This document shows, in pieces, positions 57,463 through 64,000 of a stretch of 64,000 bases of DNA (position 1 is the stretch's first letter; each line of letters begins with the position of its first letter). Source of the DNA: Bacteroidales bacterium (lineage in GTDB: Bacteria; Bacteroidota; Bacteroidia; Bacteroidales; PUMT01). The DNA is taken from positions 10,010-74,009 of the forward strand of contig SLCF01000051.1 in assembly GCA_007125955.1 (NCBI GenBank), read 5' to 3'. Made by a program: the position numbers and the translations under genes. The notes below the pieces were generated by a model. That model saw only the letters and a list, made by a program, of their open reading frames with translations, was not told where the DNA came from and searched no databases.

Positions 57463-57669
57463 ATTTTTTTTGATTAATTAACCCCTTAATGTCCGGTTTT
57501 TTACCCAAACCGGAATGACGGCCGCAGATACCCTAAGGATGGAATACAGAGCCCCTTAAGTGAAAAGATGCCCCGGAAATAATAGTTTGAATTTTCAGAT
57601 GCTTATCTTATTGCTGACGGAAATTTGATTCACCTGAACCATGCAATGCCTCTCCCAGGACTAACACTT

Positions 57670-58314
57670 TTATCCTGAGAAGGTGACAAGCCTCCCTTCA
57701 ACAGCAAGTTCCGGAAAACCAAACTCCTTCCTTATCATCTCCAGCGTTTCCCTTTGGTATATGAATACATGGGTGGGGTCGTTCTTGTAATACCAGCGGG
57801 CGAAATCGATAGTATGGTCATAAATATCAGTCATGCAAAAAAGCCTGCCGCCGGGAAGCAGCATTCGCCTCAGCAGTCTGAACTCCTTCTCCGGATCGTG
57901 AAAGTGCTCGATAACCTCGCAGCAGGCAATGTAGTCATATTTCCTTTCGAGCAGTGCGGTATCATTGAAAAAAAAGGGGTCGTACTGCTCAATGCTGTAT
58001 CCTTCTTCCTGTAAAATTTCTGAGATAACGGGTCCTGTTCCCGCCCCGAAATCGAGTCCCTTATGTCCGGGTGTAAAACGTGACATTATTGCCGATGTAA
58101 TTGGTGAAACAAACTTCCTGTAGCCCGGATCATTTACATCGTTGTTATGCTCCATGTAGCGCAGCTTTTCGGCTTCCCTGTCCGGCAGGATGGCTCCTGA
58201 CATGAAAATGGCGGAGCAGCGGGTGCATTTTAAATAGAGCTGCTTTTTGTCTTTATAAAAAACCTCGCCCACCCTATTGCATAACAGGCAGTATTCTGTT
58301 GACGCGTATCTCAT
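57670..58314 (-). CDS. class I SAM-dependent methyltransferase with N-terminal CxxC...CxxC zinc-ribbon
   Basis: The zinc-ribbon reads CLLCNRV...CTRCSAIF. SAM motif LDFGAGTGPVIS is present, followed by ACCEVIEH. Confidence 0.75.
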   Translation of the reverse strand: MRYASTEYCLLCNRVGEVFYKDKKQLYLKCTRCSAIFMSGAILPDREAEKLRYMEHNNDVNDPGYRKFVSPITSAIMSRFTPGHKGLDFGAGTGPVISEILQEEGYSIEQYDPFFFNDTALLERKYDYIACCEVIEHFHDPEKEFRLLRRMLLPGGRLFCMTDIYDHTIDFARWYYKNDPTHVFIYQRETLEMIRKEFGFPELAVEGRLVTFSG

Positions 58315-58375
58315 TTTTCGCAGTTATCAAATTATCAAGGAGTTTTATTGGCGGAGCTGAACAGCACCTGGTGTC

Positions 58376-58699
58376 TCATTTTGCGCAGTTGACACAGTAT
58401 ATACTCTCGGGCTTTATTAACAGCCTTCCAAGAGGGATTGGCTTCCTGCATTTTACACATATACCTGCATCTTCACTACCCAGCTTTGAAAGCACATATT
58501 TCAGCCTCCTTAGTTTCTCCTCCGCCTGCCTCAGTGCCGATTCAGTGACACTTTGATTGTTTATTGCGTCCATCCTGGAAAGTCTTCCTATGGAAACATC
58601 AGGCACCACCGGCTGTGTCATCTGCCGGTATTCACCTATCAGTTCTTCCGTTTTTTTTATCTCCTCGTTTATTTTCTGGCGCATCTCCTTTTTGTCCAT
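58376..58699 (-). CDS. TraR/DksA-family C4 zinc-finger protein
   Basis: The internal ATG at 58699 (MDKKEMRQKINEE) is preferred. A coiled-coil region is followed by CVKCRKPIPLGRLLIKPESIYCVNC. Confidence 0.75.
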   Translation of the reverse strand: MDKKEMRQKINEEIKKTEELIGEYRQMTQPVVPDVSIGRLSRMDAINNQSVTESALRQAEEKLRRLKYVLSKLGSEDAGICVKCRKPIPLGRLLIKPESIYCVNCAK

Positions 58700-58775
58700 A
58701 AATAATAAGAATTTTTTTGTTTGACCAGTTATGATACGGGCCGGGGGGTTCAGGATCACCAGCCGCATTACCCTC

Positions 58776-60035
58776 TCAGGTATGAACTGTTATAATCTCA
58801 TTTATATTGGTTGTGTAGCGGGGTGAAAGCTTTTCCTGTTTCATTTTCCAGACCCTTTTCAGGTCCTGTGCCGCCAGCTTCACTTTCTGCTGGCCGAGCA
58901 GTCCGTTTATCCTGTCAACAGCCTTCATTAAGGGAATGTGGCGGGGGTTGCCGTTGGCGAATATATTGAGCTGAATATTGTCTTCAGGTGTAAAATCCAT
59001 TGTTATCACTCCCGCCTTTTTATAATAATACCCCTCCCTGAATATTTTTTCCAGCGCCCGGTTTGCAAATTTCACCAGTTCTATGCCTGAGTTTGTGGGA
59101 AAAGGAAGTTTCACAACTATGTTCCTCCCGTATTGCGGCAGGTCGGGGCGGTGCCTGTTGCCGTAAACAAAAACAATAAGGGTGTTGCAGCAGGAGCCCT
59201 GACTCCTGAGCTTTTCGGCACATGACACCGCAAATGTGGCAATGCGCTCCTTCAGCTCGGAGAGCAGGGTGTAGTTCCTTTCAAAGGTGCGGGTGGTGGC
59301 AATGCTTTTGCGGGGTTGCACCTCTTCCAGGCCGAGCGTGGGTATTCCCTGCAGGTCATGCTTCAGCCGCAATCCCACCACCGACATCATTCTTCTTACC
59401 CGCTTATCATCTATCCGTGTAAAATCAAAAGCGGTGTTTATGTTCATGGATCTCAGCCTTGCCGAATGCTGCCTGCCTATACCCCACACATCCTCAACGG
59501 GAAGCCACCTGAGAGCTTTAACACGTTTTTCCTCGCTGTCGATAAGATAAACGTTCCCTGTCCGTCCGGGGAATTTCTTGGCTATACGGTTGGCCACCTT
59601 GGCAAGTGCTTTGGTAGGGGCTATACCCACACTTATGGGTATCCCCGTCCACTTCCCCACCCTTTCGTGCATACGGGTTCCAACCGCCTGCAGGTCGAAG
59701 TTCTCAAATCCCGTGAATTTCAGGAACGCCTCATCTATGCTGTATATCTCCATTTCAGGTGAAAATTCTCCGGCTATACTCATCACCCGGCTGCTCATAT
59801 CCCCGTAGAGGGCAAAGTTGGCCGAAAAAACATGCACATTGTGTTTTCTGAAAAGCTTTTCATATTTGAATGCAGGGGCCCCCATCGGTATCCCCAGTGC
59901 TTTGGCCTCGTTGCTTCGGGCAATTACACAACCGTCGTTGTTGGATAGCACAACAACAGGCTTGCCTGTGAGACCCGGGCGAAATACCCTCTCACATGAA
60001 GCGTAGAAGTTATTGCAGTCAACCAGCGCGAACAT
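58776..60035 (-). CDS. umuC: Y-family translesion DNA polymerase (UmuC-like, Pol V catalytic subunit)
   Basis: [20 protein letters not shown] is present, with SIDEAFL as the catalytic carboxylate motif. The start directly abuts the umuD stop. Confidence 0.9.
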   Translation of the reverse strand: MFALVDCNNFYASCERVFRPGLTGKPVVVLSNNDGCVIARSNEAKALGIPMGAPAFKYEKLFRKHNVHVFSANFALYGDMSSRVMSIAGEFSPEMEIYSIDEAFLKFTGFENFDLQAVGTRMHERVGKWTGIPISVGIAPTKALAKVANRIAKKFPGRTGNVYLIDSEEKRVKALRWLPVEDVWGIGRQHSARLRSMNINTAFDFTRIDDKRVRRMMSVVGLRLKHDLQGIPTLGLEEVQPRKSIATTRTFERNYTLLSELKERIATFAVSCAEKLRSQGSCCNTLIVFVYGNRHRPDLPQYGRNIVVKLPFPTNSGIELVKFANRALEKIFREGYYYKKAGVITMDFTPEDNIQLNIFANGNPRHIPLMKAVDRINGLLGQQKVKLAAQDLKRVWKMKQEKLSPRYTTNINEIITVHT

Positions 60036-60485
60036 TCAAAAAGATTTAATAACATGTGTTACGATCCCCCATATCAGGAGCTCATTTTCGGGAGTCACTT
60101 TAACGGGTTTATAGCTTTCATTGGCAGGCATAAGCCAGCAGGTATCCTTTTCCAGTTTGATCCTTTTAACGGTAAACTCCCCGTCAATATAGCAGACCGC
60201 TATTTTGCCGTCTTCGGGCTCGAGGCTCTTGTCTATCACCAGCAGGTCGCCGTCGCTGATCCCTTCATCCTTCATGGAGTACCCTTTCACACGTCCGTAA
60301 AAGGTGGCGGAAGGGTGCTTAACAACGTGCTTGTTAAGATCTATCGTCAGGTCTATAAAGTCAAGCGCGGGAGAAGGGAAGCCGGCACTTATACCGCCCG
60401 GGACAAGTGGCAGCTCCAGCTCCGTTTCAGCAGCTGCGGAGTAAATGTCAAGAACCGTGGAACTATGAAGTTTCAGTGCACTCAT
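60036..60485 (-). CDS. umuD: UmuD-like S24 peptidase (no DNA-binding domain)
   Basis: Ala-Gly cleavage site in ISAGFPSPA. Nucleophile Ser in GYSM and general-base Lys in FTVKRI. The protein is 149 aa. Confidence 0.85.
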   Translation of the reverse strand: MSALKLHSSTVLDIYSAAAETELELPLVPGGISAGFPSPALDFIDLTIDLNKHVVKHPSATFYGRVKGYSMKDEGISDGDLLVIDKSLEPEDGKIAVCYIDGEFTVKRIKLEKDTCWLMPANESYKPVKVTPENELLIWGIVTHVIKSF

Positions 60486-60538
60486 ACGGTTTCATTTAAT
60501 AACAGGTCCGGGACAGCCGGACATGTAAAGGTATAATA

Positions 60539-60546
60539 CAAAGTTA
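60539..60546 (-). promoter_or_regulatory. candidate -7 box (TAACTTTG) for umuDC
   Basis: The minus strand reads TAACTTTG ~55 nt upstream of the umuD ATG. The palindrome GTCCGG-N5-CCGGAC (60506-60522) lies between the box and the ATG. Confidence 0.3.
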
Positions 60547-60738
60547 ATGAAAATATTGCCATGTAGATTTCTATTTTGTATTTTGGCATTTGTATGGAAA
60601 TTTTTCCAAAGATGAAACAACCCCAACGGGTTGAAAACCGGGTTTCAAACTCTTTCATTTATAAACAACTAATGATCAATGAGAAATAAAAAATATGAAT
60701 AGACCGTAAGGCCAATTGGTTAACTTAAATATTCCATC

Positions 60739-61317
60739 ATGAAAACCACATTCGGACCCAAAAAGATCATGTTCCCCTGTCCCGCTGCGCTTATCGTAAC
60801 GGGCAACATGGAGAAGGCAAATATTGCAACAATAGCATGGGTAAGCCTGCTTACAAGCTCCCCGCCCACCCTGGGCATATCCGTAGGTGAAAGAGGTTAT
60901 ACAGGAGGCGAGATCAAAAAGAACGGTGAGTTCACCGTAAACATAGCCACGGTTGATATAATGAGGGAGGCGGATTTTTGTGGAATAACCTCCGGCAGGG
61001 AAGTTGACAAGTTCAAAGAGAGCGGGCTCACAAAAATGGAGTCAAAAATCGTAAGCGCCCCGATAATAAAGGAGTGTCCCCTGAATCTTGAGTGCGTACT
61101 TGTGGATTCGGGTGTTTTCGGATCGACCAACCATTTCGTGGGGAAGATCGTTGAGACCCATATTGACACCGACAAGCTGAAGGATGAAAGCGACTACACC
61201 TCTTTTGACACGCTGGCAATGAATCCCCTTATATACATAGGAGGTGCAAGGGAATACCGCAGGATAGGGGAAAAAACAGGAGATGCCTACAGCATAGGGG
61301 AAAGCCTGAAGAAATAA
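60739..61317 (+). CDS. flavin reductase-like (FMN-binding split-barrel) protein
   Basis: The 192-aa length and sequence pattern (PAALIVTG...NIATIAWVS...SPPTLGISV) are typical of the flavin reductase domain family. Confidence 0.7.
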   Translation: MKTTFGPKKIMFPCPAALIVTGNMEKANIATIAWVSLLTSSPPTLGISVGERGYTGGEIKKNGEFTVNIATVDIMREADFCGITSGREVDKFKESGLTKMESKIVSAPIIKECPLNLECVLVDSGVFGSTNHFVGKIVETHIDTDKLKDESDYTSFDTLAMNPLIYIGGAREYRRIGEKTGDAYSIGESLKK

Positions 61318-61444
61318 GGAGTTGATAACGTACCGGTTTCATTTAACCGGGAAAGAAGCGTACTGTATTTAAAAGCTAACCAAACACCTGGGAAAGGTTC
61401 TTTGCGGGGTGAAAACAGCCGGGGTTTCTGACTGCCCCGGTGAT

Positions 61445-62602
61445 TCATTCTCCCCCCTTAACAATCTCTCCTTCTGAAAAATAGACCGATCCGGGTTTTT
61501 CACGAAGGTTGAAGTTCATGTTCATTGACTCGGCATAGGCTCCGCAGGAGAGAATATGCAGCATATCCCCCCTGAGTGTCCTGGGAAGCAGGATATCTTT
61601 GGCAAACACGTCACTTGACTCGCATACCGGCCCCACCACATCATATCTTTCAGGCCGGCCAGGCGAACTCACATTTATTATCCTGTGGACGGCCTGGTAA
61701 AGTGCAGGCCTTATAAGCTCGGTCATACCGGCATCCACTATTACAAACTGCTTGCCTGCTCCCTTTTTTGTGTACAAAACCCTTGTGAGTATCCTTCCGC
61801 ACTGTCCGACAAGGCTTCTGCCAAGCTCAAAGTGAACTGCTGTTCCACCCGGCAACTCAAGGTTATCGGCAAAAAGAGAGAAAAATGAGCTGAAACCGGG
61901 TATTGAGTTTGTGTCCGGATGCCTGTAATCTATACCGTACCCACCGCCCAGGTTGATCATTTTCCCGCCGTATCCTGATATGTCAAACTCCCTCCATATC
62001 CGGTTAACCATATCGCAAAGCTTTTTATAAGGCTCCAGGGAGGTGATCTGGGAACCTATATGAAAATGGAGTCCGGTAAATTCAATTTCTGGTGACTCTT
62101 TGCAGTAATCAAGAGCCTGCCGGAGGTGCGGCAGAACAATCCCAAACTTGTTTTCTTCCCTGCCTGTTGTAATGTAACGGTGCGTATCGGCTTTCAGTGC
62201 AGGATTCACCCTGAGGGCCACCCTGGCAACCTTTTTAAGACGTTTTGCGGTTTCTCCGACAACTTTCAACTCCTCCAGAGATTCGCAATTGAAACAAAAA
62301 ATATCCCTGCTCAGTGCCAGCTCAATCTCTTCATCCGATTTACCTACCCCGGCAAAAACTATCCCGCCGGCAGGAAAGCCGGTATCTATCGCTCTCAGTA
62401 TCTCGTTGCCGCTTACACAATCAACACCGTAGCCATGATCACTCACTGTCCGGGCAATCACAGGATTATTGTTTGCTTTTATGGCGTAATGGATTTTGTA
62501 CCCGTACCTGTCAGCTTCTTTAGATGCAACAGCCAGTGTTTTCCTTAGCAGATCCAGGTCATAAAAGTACGCGGGGGTTTTGATACCCGAAAAATCTGTC
62601 AT
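61445..62602 (-). CDS. lysA: diaminopimelate decarboxylase
   Basis: The PLP lysine is in HYAIKANNN. HFHIGSQ, ELGRSLVG and CESSD motifs are present. Confidence 0.9.
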   Translation of the reverse strand: MTDFSGIKTPAYFYDLDLLRKTLAVASKEADRYGYKIHYAIKANNNPVIARTVSDHGYGVDCVSGNEILRAIDTGFPAGGIVFAGVGKSDEEIELALSRDIFCFNCESLEELKVVGETAKRLKKVARVALRVNPALKADTHRYITTGREENKFGIVLPHLRQALDYCKESPEIEFTGLHFHIGSQITSLEPYKKLCDMVNRIWREFDISGYGGKMINLGGGYGIDYRHPDTNSIPGFSSFFSLFADNLELPGGTAVHFELGRSLVGQCGRILTRVLYTKKGAGKQFVIVDAGMTELIRPALYQAVHRIINVSSPGRPERYDVVGPVCESSDVFAKDILLPRTLRGDMLHILSCGAYAESMNMNFNLREKPGSVYFSEGEIVKGGE

Positions 62603-63933
62603 CTCACATTATATTTAGGGTTTGCCACAAATAAAAAACTGTTCAGCGAATTTAATACTTCTTCTTTTTCTTCCTCCGGTACAACGATGGTAATGTTATT
62701 CCTGCTGCCACCAAAGGATATCATCTTAACAGTGAATGGCTTCAGGGAATCCAGTATCCTTACGGCATGGCCCTTGTGCTTCTCCAGCACATCGCCAACC
62801 ACACAAACTATGGCAAGGTTTCTTTCCACATGAACCTCTCCCAGCTCATTAAGTAAAGAGATTATCGGGCTCAGGGAATCACATTTATCAATTGTAACGG
62901 AAACCGAAACCTCCGATGTGGTAACCACATCGACCGGTGTGCGGAATTTTTCAAATATCGCAAAAATTTTGCTTAAAAACCCGTAAGCGCTGAGCATTCT
63001 TCCCGATTCGATCTTTATTGCGGTTATTCCGTCTTTAGCTCCGACAGCCCTGGCACCTTTCTCACCCGGCTCAGAACAAACTATTGTTCCAGGAGCTTCA
63101 GGAGTAGCGGTTTTTTTGATATGGACAGGAATATTATATCTGCGGGCAGGCCAGACACATTCAGGATGAAGAATCTTTGCCCCGAAATATGCAAGTTCTG
63201 AAGCCTCTTTAAAAGAGAGCTTTCTGACCGGATATGTTTCGCTTACTATCCGGGGATCATTGTTCCTGATACCGTCTATATCAGTCCATATCTCTATCCT
63301 GTCACACATTAGTGCGGCCCCTGCAAGAGTTGCAGTGTAATCGCTCCCACCCCTTCCCAGGTTGGAAAGATCACCTTTATGATCAAGGCAGATATAGCCC
63401 TGTGTCAAATACCTGCCTGCGGGTTGTTTGCCTGTAAGTCCCAAAAGACTTTTCCTGAGGTTGTTTACAGAAGGGTCGCCTCCCTTGCCCGTGCTCAAAA
63501 AATCAAAAGCGTTCAGTAACTTCACCCGTATTCCATTTGCATTGAGATAGAGGCATATGATCCTTGATGTGATTATCTCACCCTGCGCCATGACCATTTT
63601 TCCCCGGGAAAGAGTGAATCCTTTGTTGAGTTCCCCCCTGATCAGGGAAAAATGGTTATTTACAATATCCCCTGCGCAATCCTGTTCTTCAGGGGAAACA
63701 AAAAGCTCGCGGCATATCGTTTTAAAATGAGACATTAACCTGACAAATATTATTTCTCTCTCCTTCAGATTATCGTTTTCCCATTTCCTGACAAGTCCGG
63801 CAAGCATATCGGTAACTCCGGACACAGCAGAGCAAACCACTAAACAATCCCTTTCACATTCTACAAGTGCTGCAGCTTTCTTTATCATTCCGGCGTTTCC
63901 CAGGGAGGTCCCCCCGAATTTCATCACCTTCAT
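62599..63933 (-). CDS. lysC: aspartate kinase
   Basis: The ATG at 63933 (MKVMKFGGTSLG) is preferred over the TTG at 63957. A C-terminal ACT-domain region is present. The stop overlaps the lysA start (ATGA). Confidence 0.9.
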   Translation of the reverse strand: MKVMKFGGTSLGNAGMIKKAAALVECERDCLVVCSAVSGVTDMLAGLVRKWENDNLKEREIIFVRLMSHFKTICRELFVSPEEQDCAGDIVNNHFSLIRGELNKGFTLSRGKMVMAQGEIITSRIICLYLNANGIRVKLLNAFDFLSTGKGGDPSVNNLRKSLLGLTGKQPAGRYLTQGYICLDHKGDLSNLGRGGSDYTATLAGAALMCDRIEIWTDIDGIRNNDPRIVSETYPVRKLSFKEASELAYFGAKILHPECVWPARRYNIPVHIKKTATPEAPGTIVCSEPGEKGARAVGAKDGITAIKIESGRMLSAYGFLSKIFAIFEKFRTPVDVVTTSEVSVSVTIDKCDSLSPIISLLNELGEVHVERNLAIVCVVGDVLEKHKGHAVRILDSLKPFTVKMISFGGSRNNITIVVPEEEKEEVLNSLNSFLFVANPKYNVR

Positions 63934-64000
63934 CTTTTTTCCTGCAAATGAAAACAATCCAGGGTTAAGGGAAGAACTTTTTTATTATTTTTACATATTT

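Noticed and set aside
57393-57669. The 277-bp leader upstream of an unknown membrane protein could be a riboswitch.
   Set aside because: The transcribed strand has several G-runs but few complementary C-runs, so I could not draw a multi-stem fold. The best promoter-like box lies downstream of the repeats, and I recognised no known riboswitch core sequence. It is kept only as a possible protein-binding region.
60575-60595. The TTTGTAT direct repeats and an ATACAAA at 60536-60542 upstream of umuD could be an SOS box.
   Set aside because: I cannot reliably recall the operator consensus of the Bacteroidota non-canonical LexA. TTTG-containing words are also expected from ordinary promoter elements here. 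The repeats are mentioned in the umuDC finding but not called as a feature.
63934-64000. A lysine (L-box) riboswitch could lie upstream of lysC.
   Set aside because: Only ~65 nt of upstream sequence are inside the window, which is too little to evaluate. Checking it needs the adjacent sequence and an Rfam scan.
1-64000. I searched for CRISPR arrays, tRNA/rRNA/tmRNA genes, IS elements, integrases, reverse transcriptases and toxin-antitoxin pairs.
   Set aside because: By eye I saw no regularly spaced repeats, no cloverleaf-like or rRNA-like segments in the intergenic regions, and no ORF with transposase, integrase or RT motifs. A tRNAscan, Infernal or ISfinder run could still find something small that I missed.

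Overview
The window reads as a chromosomal segment from a Bacteroidota-like genome. Supporting signs are OMPs ending in Phe, DUF5063/DUF2795-type genes, TAnnTTTG -7 boxes and an rseC-rnfBCDGEA operon. I count about 51 protein genes and found no rRNA, tRNA, CRISPR array, transposase or integrase. Most of the content is housekeeping: tex, a three-gene biotin-dependent acyl-CoA carboxylase, purL, two SODs, pruA, recQ, guaB, a surA/PPIase/OstA envelope cluster, recG, the Rnf complex, umuDC and lysA-lysC. I found no clear novel system. Five loci deserve a second look, all called by eye without tools. (1) A 5.4-kb four-gene block (TetR, MMPL/RND exporter, LolA-like protein, OM barrel) is bracketed by a perfect 48-bp direct repeat. 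The repeat contains the stop codon of the upstream membrane-protein gene. The right-hand copy is preceded by a diverged remnant of that gene's 3' end, an attL/attR-like pattern, yet no integrase is present. (2) A signal-less chymotrypsin-fold serine protease is directly abutted (TAG|ATG) by a 75-aa ORF that is a paralog of the protease's own N-terminal domain. (3) recQ, a DUF5063-like gene, a DEDDy 3'-5' exonuclease and a patatin gene form a co-directional string resembling a split WRN-type helicase/exonuclease module. (4) umuD-umuC is followed by a TraR/DksA zinc-finger gene and a methyltransferase. (5) A cytosolic Fe-type SOD lies convergent with a Mn-type SOD that carries a Tat-like KR signal. 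Gene starts were re-picked by eye wherever the ORF track used TTG/GTG upstream extensions.
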